NCBI GenBank assembly: GCA_052279835.1 | Contig: CP181291.1 | Span: forward strand, 3,424,001-3,488,000 | From: Microcoleus sp. | Lineage (GTDB): Bacteria; Cyanobacteriota; Cyanobacteriia; Cyanobacteriales; Microcoleaceae | Reading direction: 5' to 3' | Length of the DNA stretch: 64,000 bases | Shown: positions 10,739 to 19,896 of the stretch, piece after piece | Numbering within the stretch: position 1 is the stretch's first letter | Layout of the letters: each line of letters opens with the position of its first letter | Made by a program: the position numbers and the translations under genes | The notes under the pieces: model-generated | The model's database searches: none | Told to the model about the DNA's origin: nothing | The model's input: only the letters and a program-made list of their open reading frames with translations

Positions 10739-10845
10739 TGGTTATTTGTTATTTGTTATTTGTTATTTGTTGTTTGTTATTTGTTGTTTGTTATTTGTTG
10801 TTTGTTATTTGTTGTTTGTTATTGGTTATTGGTTATTGGTTATTG
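10737..10845. repeat. STRR-type heptamer tandem array (TTATTTG/TTGTTTG/TTATTGG)n
   Basis: About 15 tandem 7-mers read directly; related complementary runs at about 10975-11018. Confidence 0.85.
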
Positions 10846-11018
10846 GCTCTGCCAGCCAGCGAAGTCGAAGGGTTATTGGTCATTGGGAGCAAATAACAAA
10901 TAACCAATGACTACCGTTATACTCCGCGAGTTTTTAATCGCGAACCCAGCCCATAAAAAACCACAAAAAAAAACAACAAGTAACAAGTAACAAATAACTA
11001 ATAACAACTAACTAATGA

Positions 11019-11540
11019 CTAATCTTTAGTTTTCAGAGATGCGCCCAAAGCTTGAGAAACCCAAACTTCAAAAGAGCGTACCGGATATTTCCTCACCGCA
11101 TCCCCAGCATCTACCATGGGTTCTACTAAAATAGTGAACATACCCAAACGATTGCCTGCTAAAACATCGGTAAAAAGTCGATCGCCCACCATCGCCACCT
11201 GTCCCACGGGCAAATCCATCGCATCCAGTGCTCTGCGTAATTTGCGCCGCGAGGGTTTAGCAGCACCAGTGATGTATGGTAGATTCAAAGAATCAGCTAT
11301 TCGACCAATCCGATTCTGACTTAAATTATTGCTGGCCAACCATAGGGATACGACGGGCTTAATCTCTTTTACCCACAAACTGAGTTCGGGAGAAGCATTT
11401 GATGCTGTTATAGGGACGAGAGTTTCATCCACATCTAACACTAATCCTTTTATGTGATATTTCTGAAGAATATCAGCCGTTAAATTCACGACAGCAGTGC
11501 CAAGAACTAAATCGGGCTGTAGTAGTTTACCCCAAGACAT
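11019..11540 (-). CDS. yqeG: YqeG family HAD IIIA phosphatase
   Basis: LDVDETL (DxD), AAKPS and MVGDRLFTDVLAG. Confidence 0.9.
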   Translation of the reverse strand: MSWGKLLQPDLVLGTAVVNLTADILQKYHIKGLVLDVDETLVPITASNASPELSLWVKEIKPVVSLWLASNNLSQNRIGRIADSLNLPYITGAAKPSRRKLRRALDAMDLPVGQVAMVGDRLFTDVLAGNRLGMFTILVEPMVDAGDAVRKYPVRSFEVWVSQALGASLKTKD

Positions 11541-11544
11541 AATT

Positions 11545-11722
11545 ATTTTAGATTTTAGATTTTAGATTTTAGATTGGGAATTGGGAATTGGGCATTGGGC
11601 ATTGAGAATGTATTACTTGTTATTTATTGCTTCTTTTTTGTTGGTGATAATTACCAATTACCAATTACCAATTACCAATTACCCATTACCAATTACCCAT
11701 TACCCATTACCCATTACCCATT
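11545..11722. repeat. Mixed heptamer tandem arrays (GATTTTA, TTGGGAA, ATTACC(A/C))
   Basis: Tandem 7-mers read directly between yqeG and mltG. Confidence 0.85.
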
Positions 11723-11742
11723 AACAATTGTCTCATATTCTG

Positions 11743-12885
11743 CTATTGCCCCGATCGCACTTTTTGGTCAATTTGAGCCACAGCAGCATCGTGTTCCGCC
11801 TGAGTGCGGCTGAAAATGTGAGTGCCGTCATACCGCGCCATAAAATACAGATATTCGGTATTTTCAGGAGCTAGAGTCGCTTCCAGACTCGCGATTCCCG
11901 GAGCTGCGATCGGAGTTGGTGGTAGTCCTGCGTTTATATAAGTATTGTAAGGAGAAGGCGTTTCTACCTGCTTAAAAGTCAGAGGCTTCTCCTTAGTTTG
12001 CCTGATGCCGAGAGCATATTCAACTGTCGGGTCAGAACCCAACGGCATACCCTTTTTCAGACGGTTGTTGAATACCCCAGAAATGCGCTGGCGCTCACTG
12101 GCTACCACCGCTTCTTTTTCCACAATACTTGCCAAAGTGACCCACTCTTTCAAATCCAGCTTAGTATTTTTCTGATTTTTTTGATAGACCGGCAGAGCCA
12201 CCTGCTCGAAACGGCTGAGCATTTGCTTAATCACAGCTTCTGGGGTGACAGCATCCCCATCTAACTGATAAGTATCCGGGTACAAAAAACCTTCCAAATG
12301 AGGCAAACCGCTCGGTAGCCAAGGGTATTGAGCGTAGGGAACTTGAGTCACCACCGCCATAAAATTCTTAGCTGGGAAAAAACCTTGTGCTTCAAAATAA
12401 GCGCTCATTTGTGTGAGCGACCAACCTTCGGGAATCGTGAAACTTTGCTGTACGACTTCACCTTTCCAAATTTTGTCAGCCACAGCACTCAGTGGCTGAG
12501 TGGGTGACAGTTGGTAAGTCCCTGCTTTAAAACCTCCCTCCCGGTTTTGCAGAGTCAACCAGCGGGCCCACATATTCCATGCGGAGGCCGATCTAATTAA
12601 CCCCGCAGCTTCCAAATCTCGTCCGATTTGTTGGCTAGAAGTACCTTCGGGAATTTGGATAGAAACAGCATTTTTGACTGCTGGGGTCGTTGACTCAGCA
12701 GCTAGTTTAGCAGGGGCACAAGCCCAGCTCCACCAAGCCCAGCCCTGCCAAGCGCACACACCCCAAACCGCCGGGAGTAACGCTAGATAAAACAACCATT
12801 TAGAAACTTGCGGAGTACCTTTTGGGCCCTCGCGCGCGCTGCTTTTTGTCAGTTGTTCTCGATCCATAGTCCCTTCTGCCTTCAA
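11743..12885 (-). CDS. mltG: Endolytic transglycosylase MltG (YceG)
   Basis: TM anchor, FTIPEG, LEGFLYPDTY, LASIVEKE and SPYNTY..GLPPTPI. Confidence 0.95.
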   Translation of the reverse strand: MKAEGTMDREQLTKSSAREGPKGTPQVSKWLFYLALLPAVWGVCAWQGWAWWSWACAPAKLAAESTTPAVKNAVSIQIPEGTSSQQIGRDLEAAGLIRSASAWNMWARWLTLQNREGGFKAGTYQLSPTQPLSAVADKIWKGEVVQQSFTIPEGWSLTQMSAYFEAQGFFPAKNFMAVVTQVPYAQYPWLPSGLPHLEGFLYPDTYQLDGDAVTPEAVIKQMLSRFEQVALPVYQKNQKNTKLDLKEWVTLASIVEKEAVVASERQRISGVFNNRLKKGMPLGSDPTVEYALGIRQTKEKPLTFKQVETPSPYNTYINAGLPPTPIAAPGIASLEATLAPENTEYLYFMARYDGTHIFSRTQAEHDAAVAQIDQKVRSGQ

Positions 12886-12892
12886 TTAAGAT

Positions 12893-13472
12893 CTAATCAA
12901 GCTCGTCAAAGAACTGGTCTTCTAGCATAGGTAACATAGGTTCCAGTCTTTCAAACTCTTCTTCCGAGAGCAATTCTGGCTGACCGTCATCATTCATTCT
13001 AGCCAAGATAAAGAACGGGTCGAGAGGCGTATAAATAGCATATTCCTGCTCTTCGTGATAGAAGCTGGTCAACCACATCAATTCCTCAAAATCTGACTCC
13101 TGCTCTGGGGTCGGCATCCGGCTCCGCATCCTCGTCGGGAAAATCTGGCAATTCGCCAATTACCGTCAGAGTCACAGCCGTGCGCCGGAGTGTTAAGTTC
13201 TGCTCTTGCAGGACAACTCTAGCGGTATCAAAAATTTTGTCAATTTCGGTCTCGTCTTCTACGGGAACTGCTGCTTCGTCCGTTGTTTCGTCTCCGTTCC
13301 AAGTAAAAATTTCTACTGGTGAGTCAATGGGAAGCAGTAAAGCGTATTCTTGACCTTCTAAGTCCATAGAATATTCTATGTTGCAAGTCAGCGATCGCCC
13401 AACTTCGTCAGTCAGGGTGACGGAAACTGCGTCGGATTTGCTATTCTGTTTGCGGTATGGGGATGAGGACAT
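12893..13472 (-). CDS. DUF3727/DUF1292 domain protein, split by a +1 frameshift at about 13107-13110
   Basis: Two overlapping acidic ORFs join if one base of GGGG is removed (..ADPEQESDFEEL..). EYALLLPID and EYAIYTPLDP motifs; conserved position between ruvX and mltG. Confidence 0.8.
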
Positions 13473-13643
13473 CGCGTGTATCTTATTTTCCTTCTTCAGT
13501 ACCGAGTTTACTGGGAAATTTTCGGCCGTGCGTCAACGGTTACAGGTGTGCGTAGCAAACTTGCACAACTAGGATATCACGGCTTTGTTAAGCTGCTGCG
13601 AAATTGCTAATAGGGTTTGAACCAGCGGGGGCGATCGATCTGC

Positions 13644-14081
13644 CTATGCTTGCCTTCTGTCGTCTAGCCAGCGCTGTAATATTAGGGCTGCGGCTTTGCG
13701 ATCGATCAAACCTTTGTTTTGCGACGGCGAAATTCCTTGTGCTTGGATGAGTTCCTCTGCGTGAACAGAAGTCAGGCGCTCATCCACGTATTCTAGAGGC
13801 AGTTCTAAGGCTCTGGCGATGCGAGTGGCATATTTTTGCACCTGTCGGGCTTGGGGGCCTACGTCTCCGCTCAGGGAGTAGGGCAAGCCTGACACCAAAA
13901 TTTGCACATTCCGCTCTTGGACGAGCTGTCTGATGTAAGCTACGTCTCGATCGAAGGAGGAGCGCACTAGAGTTATAATACCCGTAGCGATTAAACCAGT
14001 GCCATCACACCCGGCGATGCCGACTCGTTTGAGTCCGATATCTAGTCCTAGTGCTGAAATCCACAATTTTTGGTCTGACAT
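13644..14081 (-). CDS. ruvX: YqgF/RuvX pre-16S rRNA nuclease
   Basis: ALGLDIG.KRVGIA, VSGLP, VDERLTS and ID..AA.LILQ. Confidence 0.93.
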   Translation of the reverse strand: MSDQKLWISALGLDIGLKRVGIAGCDGTGLIATGIITLVRSSFDRDVAYIRQLVQERNVQILVSGLPYSLSGDVGPQARQVQKYATRIARALELPLEYVDERLTSVHAEELIQAQGISPSQNKGLIDRKAAALILQRWLDDRRQA

Positions 14082-14236
14082 GAGCGATTGATTTGAGAGT
14101 TAGTTAGTCGTCCCAAAATTCTTGTTTAACGAACCGCGAAGACGCGAAGGACGCTAAGAAATCAGAGAAGGGAGAAGGGAAGAAAGCAGGAAGTAATTGA
14201 TTTTTTTTTCTACTTTCTGCTTTCAAATATTAATTA

Positions 14237-15562
14237 TTAACTTTTTTCTGGCGAGTCTCCGTCTTGAGGCAATTCTGGGAATTTTACAGGTAAGATGCTG
14301 CTGTTATCTGTTGCTGCTGATTCAGAGTTTTGAAAGTTCAATGGGTTAATTTGATTGCCTTGGTTGTTTCCTGAGTCAGTCAACAGGGGTTTAATCTCTG
14401 AGGATGGGGGGCCGGCGGCTGGTTCGGCTGCGATCGGTCCTAGCCACGACATCCTACCGGGTACGGGTTTGCGAGTTGGCTGGAAGCTTTGCAGCATTTC
14501 TGATAGCTGGAGCCCTTCTAGTGAGACCAATTTGGACTCGCGTAATTTGTGCCATACCGATCGCGACATCAGCAAACTGTGTTCTACACGCACGGCTCCA
14601 AATTGCTCTAAATAAGCTTCTCGTTCGGGTTGATAATCGGCCGAAACTAGGTTGAGGCTTTGCACTGGGAAATCTTGGACCAGGCGGGCCATTTGGGATA
14701 GCAGTTCTGGGTAGAGCCAGGTGTAGGCTGGGTGTACTGTCAATTGGGCGATGTGAGGCTCGTTACCGCTGCGGGATAGCTGCACTTGAAAGTAGCCGAT
14801 GGCAGCTTTGCGCTGTGGTTCAAACACGTAAGCACTGACTACTTCTGTTTTTGCTAACCACTGTCTGACACCTTCGATCAAGGCACCTAAAAAACTGGTT
14901 TTGAAGTCTTGAATGTGGCGATCGAATACTTGGCGCACTTGGGGTGGCATGGATGCGGTATCTAGTTGGTAAAGTAACTGAGCGTCGGCATTGCTCACCG
15001 GCAGCAGGTTGGGCAAATCTGGGGTAGAAATGGCCATTTCTTGAAGACGTTCTGGGGCGATCGTCCAATAGGTCATCTGGGCCAAAGGTTGAAACCCATT
15101 TTGCCGATACAAAGCCAGGGCTGATTTGTCGCCCACATTCACCTCTAGCAGCCATGTTCTAGCCTCCCACACGGCCTCGAAGCAGTGTCGCAGTAGCATG
15201 GAACCAATTCCTTTGCTACGGGCTTCTGAGTCTACGCCGATGCGATCGATCCGCCAAGTGCTGCGGGTGCGGTTGAAGGGAGAAATCTGAATTACGCCCT
15301 TAACGATACCCTCTTCTTCAGCAACATGAGCCCGAAACAGCGACTGAAAAGGGTTAGGAAACAGGCTTAAAATCTTTAGGAGTCCGTACCAACGGCGAAG
15401 TTGGTGCAACTTGCGGTTCAATACCAAGTCCGGGCTTGCGCCCTTGGGGTTTTCTGCCTCGTCGGTTGTTTCGGCGCAAAGTTGTTCCATCGCCTCTATG
15501 TCGCGATATTGAAAGGGGCGAATCGCAACCTGGTTTTGGTTTGGGGAATGGAGTGAAGTCAT
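14237..15562 (-). CDS. GNAT family N-acetyltransferase (cyanobacterial double-domain type)
   Basis: Acetyl-CoA motif RSKGIGSMLL and ALALYRQNGF. Confidence 0.85.
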   Translation of the reverse strand: MTSLHSPNQNQVAIRPFQYRDIEAMEQLCAETTDEAENPKGASPDLVLNRKLHQLRRWYGLLKILSLFPNPFQSLFRAHVAEEEGIVKGVIQISPFNRTRSTWRIDRIGVDSEARSKGIGSMLLRHCFEAVWEARTWLLEVNVGDKSALALYRQNGFQPLAQMTYWTIAPERLQEMAISTPDLPNLLPVSNADAQLLYQLDTASMPPQVRQVFDRHIQDFKTSFLGALIEGVRQWLAKTEVVSAYVFEPQRKAAIGYFQVQLSRSGNEPHIAQLTVHPAYTWLYPELLSQMARLVQDFPVQSLNLVSADYQPEREAYLEQFGAVRVEHSLLMSRSVWHKLRESKLVSLEGLQLSEMLQSFQPTRKPVPGRMSWLGPIAAEPAAGPPSSEIKPLLTDSGNNQGNQINPLNFQNSESAATDNSSILPVKFPELPQDGDSPEKS

Positions 15563-15746
15563 AGCAGGAAAGTGGGGAATAGAAAATTAAAAATTAAAAA
15601 TTAAAACATTCCAAAGGGGAAGAATTTAGGAAATTTTGAGTTGTGAATTCATTGCCGATCGCTCAAAATTTTTCGGTTCTGTCCCCTTCTTCCTTGGATT
15701 AAAAATTAAAAATCACTTTTTTAATTTTTAATTTTTAATTTTTAAC

Positions 15747-16937
15747 TCAAGAGTTATTTGGCAGAGGTCGAATTACAACCACCGGTGTACGCTCATCTGC
15801 ATTGCCTGCGGGGTTGCTGCGCAAGGCTTGCTCTAAAAATGTTACCGATAAATCGGAGGTCGCTGCTAATATCTTAACTGCTTTCAAGTCGTTAGCGTCT
15901 ACGATCGCCGCGGCAAGTCCGGTTTCTCGTTGAATTTCTTCTACAACTTGCTGGGGATTGTCGGGTCCAAGCACGATAAATTGGTCAAAGGGAGGTAATG
16001 TGCCCGTAACATCGTCAATCAGTCTAGCTTGTTCCCCTGCTAGTTGGTAGAAGACTCCCGGTTTACCCAATACTTTAGCCACAGCGCCGATCGCAAATGC
16101 TGCAACAACCCGCATCGGGCCCACTACATCCACCAAAGTCTGCATCCCACAGGCTGTAGCCAAACTCGATGTCGGTAAGAAAAACAAGCACACTCGCTTA
16201 GCCGCCCATCCGGGTTTGACTTCGCTGGGATGGCGGTAACGTCCCTGCATCAAAGCTAAGGGAGTTTCTGCTAGGGCGACAATATCTCCTTTCTGGGCGC
16301 GCGGTACCACGTAACGCTTGACAATTTCGACAGGATTGTCCACTTCTGTCAGGATGTGGGTGCGAATTGGCAAAACTTCTGCAACTCCGACATTACGCGC
16401 ATTGGGTACTGTCTCGGAGTTGGGAAATTGCAGCGGTACTACGACGTGGCGGACTTTCGGGATGCGGCCGCCTGGGCCGTAGGTGGTGAAATGTACTTGC
16501 ACCCAAGCTGACTGTAGCTTGCTTAAATCTTGTCCGTGAATGTCTATGGAGACTTTGATTTTCGTCGATTTTTGGGCTTTGACTATGTAGCCGAACCAGT
16601 AATCGTCGGTTCTAGCTGATGCGTCTTTGTGGCAAGGAATCACTTTTGTCTTGGAAGTCACATCATCCAAACTGCCATCTGAGATCAGTTTCACATCTGC
16701 GCGCACTTCCGGCAACATAATCTCAAACCGCTGTGTGAGGTTGCGGAACTCCATTTCCCCTATTAACAGATAGTGGTTGGCTTCGTTTATGGCTAAGTGC
16801 CATTCTCCGGCTGTGAGTTCTAGTTTATTTCCACGGGGAAGCAGGCGATAGTTCAACTCCAGGCCTAGCCCGCCTAATGCTAGCAGCGAACCTGCTGCTG
16901 CGATTCCTGTTGCTAAAGTTTCAATCACTCTAATCAC
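15747..16937 (-). CDS. F420-0:gamma-glutamyl ligase (CofE-like) family membrane-anchored protein
   Basis: C-terminal IDDVTGTLPPFD, IVDANDL and NPAGNADERTP motifs; usual neighbour of this cyanobacterial cluster. Confidence 0.78.
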   Translation of the reverse strand: MIRVIETLATGIAAAGSLLALGGLGLELNYRLLPRGNKLELTAGEWHLAINEANHYLLIGEMEFRNLTQRFEIMLPEVRADVKLISDGSLDDVTSKTKVIPCHKDASARTDDYWFGYIVKAQKSTKIKVSIDIHGQDLSKLQSAWVQVHFTTYGPGGRIPKVRHVVVPLQFPNSETVPNARNVGVAEVLPIRTHILTEVDNPVEIVKRYVVPRAQKGDIVALAETPLALMQGRYRHPSEVKPGWAAKRVCLFFLPTSSLATACGMQTLVDVVGPMRVVAAFAIGAVAKVLGKPGVFYQLAGEQARLIDDVTGTLPPFDQFIVLGPDNPQQVVEEIQRETGLAAAIVDANDLKAVKILAATSDLSVTFLEQALRSNPAGNADERTPVVVIRPLPNNS

Positions 16938-17258
16938 CGCTAATCATAATTTCTGTTTACTGTAGTCGATCTCGGTTACTTCGATCGCCGATCCGGTAGT
17001 AATTGAAGTTCTGGGCGTTGTTGGGACCGCTGGGCTATCTGTGGCGGGGTTGGGGATGGGATGTGCGATCGGGCTTTAACAAAATCAACTAAATGTTAGA
17101 ATTACGACACAGTTATTCAACCGATTTCATTGGTAGATAGAGCTTCATCTGGTTTGGTTTTAACTTTTGAAAACCTATATATCTTTAATAAAAAATTAAC
17201 CAGGTTGAGGTAATTCGGGTAGAGTTTATGACTACCCGAACAGGTCTTATCCCGGTTT

Positions 17259-18347
17259 TTATCCCAACCTGGCTCTCAATTCTTCCGCCGATAACTGAGG
17301 GAATTGTTCTACAAAAACTGTCAATTCATCCACCGATAATGCTAATAAATTGGTAAGGGCTGTAGGCAGAAAATCCCCCAACTCACTTTCGCGCATTTTC
17401 AAGACATTTTCGGCTAATAATCTGACCGCTTGTTGTCTTCCTGCTTCATCGACACTCAGCATCGATATTGCCAGCAACAGCACCGTAAATTCCGCAGCCT
17501 GCAACTTGGATATTGGAGATAAAAAAGCAGTCATTTTTGAATTAATTTCTCCAAATCGCACTCGCAGAAAATTTTCTAAAATCAAGCGTTGTTGTGCTTG
17601 TCTGCCTTGTTCAATTCCTTGTTCAATTCCTTGTTGCTGTGCTGCTTGTACTTGTTGTTGAAAAAGTGGTGCAATGGCCATAATTAACTCCCGCTCTTCT
17701 GGCTCAAATTCTTCTTGAGTTTCGACTACCAAATGTGATTGTAGGCGATACAATAATTCTAGCGCGATAATCCGTAACGGATCGTCTGTTGCTAAACTGC
17801 TCAATTCGGCGATCGCCCTTTGCTGCACTTTCCCTTTCCCTAAAATCCTCAACCACATGGTTTCGGGAGTTTCTGACAATTGGTGAATCACCACAATTGC
17901 GGATTTCAAATGCCTCGGCAAAAAATGGACGCCATTCACCCAATTCTCAGGGTTGGGTATCGCCCCAAAACCCTCCAGCAAGGCTTTCGAGGCTGTAGGC
18001 GTTAGAATCCACAGTCTGGGTAACCGATCGTCATCATAGTGAGTATTTTCTCTTCGGGCTTGTCGCTCCAATTCACCTCGCAAATCCCATAGCTTACTCA
18101 TGCAGCTAATAACTTCGCCGACAATTACAGGATTGCGAAAGGGTTCAAAAATTGCACTCGTGCTAGCCATTTTTCCTAACAATCCCAGGGTGGCTGAGTA
18201 TTCTGGAATTGCAGTACCGGGAGTGAAATAAACATCTACTTCTCGGACTTCAGAAGTCACATCACGACCGATATAGACCGTTCCAATTGGTGACAGCAAT
18301 TCTTCCAGGTATTCTTTAGCAAAGCGATCGTGTATAAATCGCGTCAT
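17259..18347 (-). CDS. Rpn-like PD-(D/E)xK putative nuclease with EQG-repeat and helical C-terminus
   Basis: HDRFAKEYL, EVREVDVYF and IFEPFRN N-terminal motifs; QQGIEQGIEQG repeats; LRVRFGE (DUF4351-like). Confidence 0.7.
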   Translation of the reverse strand: MTRFIHDRFAKEYLEELLSPIGTVYIGRDVTSEVREVDVYFTPGTAIPEYSATLGLLGKMASTSAIFEPFRNPVIVGEVISCMSKLWDLRGELERQARRENTHYDDDRLPRLWILTPTASKALLEGFGAIPNPENWVNGVHFLPRHLKSAIVVIHQLSETPETMWLRILGKGKVQQRAIAELSSLATDDPLRIIALELLYRLQSHLVVETQEEFEPEERELIMAIAPLFQQQVQAAQQQGIEQGIEQGRQAQQRLILENFLRVRFGEINSKMTAFLSPISKLQAAEFTVLLLAISMLSVDEAGRQQAVRLLAENVLKMRESELGDFLPTALTNLLALSVDELTVFVEQFPQLSAEELRARLG

Positions 18348-18451
18348 AAAAATTGAGTTTGATATTTACTAATTTAATTATATCAGGTTGTTATCAATTT
18401 TCAGCTATTTTATATGATAAAAAACAGACATATATAATAAACTAAAGCACC

Positions 18452-18486
18452 CAGAAACCCGACTATTTTAAAAAGTCGGGTTTCTA
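18452..18486. terminator. Stem-loop (AGAAACCCGACT...AGTCGGGTTTCT) downstream of the SIMPL gene; also a dispersed repeat family
   Basis: Perfect 12-bp inverted repeat; related hairpin at about 47172-47209. Confidence 0.55.
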
Positions 18487-18528
18487 ACATATCTCGAATT
18501 TTAGGTTCAATAAGAATCCCATCGACAA

Positions 18529-19269
18529 TCAATAACTAATTTGCAAAGTCACCGATGCTTCAATCTGTTGTTCCCCTCCCACCACGGGTGTTGTAGCCTC
18601 AGCAGCAACACCACGAGTACCAGCCAATTGCCGGTACATAGGAGGCGGTGCAGAAGCACCGTTGACTTGAATACTCAGAATTTCTCCTCGCTTCAGATTC
18701 AGGGCGCTCAAGACGGCATCAGCTTGGGATTGAGCATCTTGGGTTGCTGTTTTGAGTGCTTGTTTTCTAGCAGATTCGATCGCACTTTCGACAGCCACAA
18801 AACTCACACCATCAATGCGTGTGGCCCCGGCATTCACTGCATCATCGAGCAAAGTTCCGGCAGATTGAGTATTAATCCGAAAAGTGACGGTATTCGTCGC
18901 TGTATAGCCAGTCAAGCGCTGCTGGTTGTTTTCGTAGCTGTAGCTGGGATTGAGGGTGATGCCGGTGGTTTCGAGTTTTTCGACTGAGCGCGATCGCAGT
19001 AACTCTACCACAGCAGACGATCGCCTCGCCGCTTCCTGTTGCACCTCGGCGGCTGTTTTTCCCTGCACCTCAACACCCAAACGAACTTGAGTCTGTGTAG
19101 TCGGAATTACTTCGATCCCCCGCCCAGTAACTGTTAGCGTTCTCAGCCGCTGTTCTTGAGCCCTCGCCTCGCCCAATCCGGTGAAACTAACGAGAGTTAA
19201 GGTTAAACATAAAGCTGTTAGCAGACTGCGGAAATTTAGGCGATCGCGCGATCGTAAAATTGGATTCAT
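18529..19269 (-). CDS. SIMPL (DUF541) domain periplasmic protein
   Basis: Signal peptide, LTVTGRG, LLDDAVNAGATRIDGVSF and GGEQQIEASV. Confidence 0.9.
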   Translation of the reverse strand: MNPILRSRDRLNFRSLLTALCLTLTLVSFTGLGEARAQEQRLRTLTVTGRGIEVIPTTQTQVRLGVEVQGKTAAEVQQEAARRSSAVVELLRSRSVEKLETTGITLNPSYSYENNQQRLTGYTATNTVTFRINTQSAGTLLDDAVNAGATRIDGVSFVAVESAIESARKQALKTATQDAQSQADAVLSALNLKRGEILSIQVNGASAPPPMYRQLAGTRGVAAEATTPVVGGEQQIEASVTLQISY

Positions 19270-19414
19270 AAACTTGAATATCCTCACATACAATAGATGG
19301 TATAATCTTATGTTGCAATGGAAATTTTGAGATATCCGCACGGTTACACTTTTAGAAACTTAAATTGGGAATTGGGAATTGGGAATTGGGAATTGAACGT
19401 ACAGCCATTAATAT

Positions 19415-19798
19415 ATGCAATCATTAAAACAACTTGCTAGGAAACTTAAAAAAGAAACTTACGCTATTTATTTAGCCAGTATCGATCCCAGAGTGCCTTG
19501 GTATGCGAGAATGTTAGCCGGTGTTACAGTTGCCTATGCCTTCAGCCCGATCGACTTAATTCCCGATTTCATACCAATTTTTGGCTATTTAGACGATTTA
19601 ATCATTGTCCCTTTGGGGATTTGGCTAGTAATCAAAATGATTCCGCCACAGGTTTTAGCCGAGTGTCGAGAACAAGCCGCCACACAAATCAAGCGAGAGA
19701 AACCGATAAATCGGGCTGCTGCTGTTGTAATTGTCGCCATCTGGATGGGATTGGGGCTATTAGCCGCAATTTGCCTCAAACAAATATTTAAAAGTTAA
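19415..19798 (+). CDS. YkvA/DUF1232 family membrane protein
   Basis: YAFSPIDLIPDFIPIFGYLDD signature. Confidence 0.92.
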   Translation: MQSLKQLARKLKKETYAIYLASIDPRVPWYARMLAGVTVAYAFSPIDLIPDFIPIFGYLDDLIIVPLGIWLVIKMIPPQVLAECREQAATQIKREKPINRAAAVVIVAIWMGLGLLAAICLKQIFKS

Positions 19799-19842
19799 AA
19801 AAATAGGATATTCTGAAGCACTGAAACTATTAATTTAGGTGT

Positions 19843-19896
19843 ATCTTCCATCTTCCATCTTCCATCTTCCATCTTCCATCTTCCATCTTCCTTCTT
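19843..19896. repeat. Heptamer tandem array (ATCTTCC)n directly upstream of the pcrA start
   Basis: About 7 tandem copies read directly. Confidence 0.85.
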
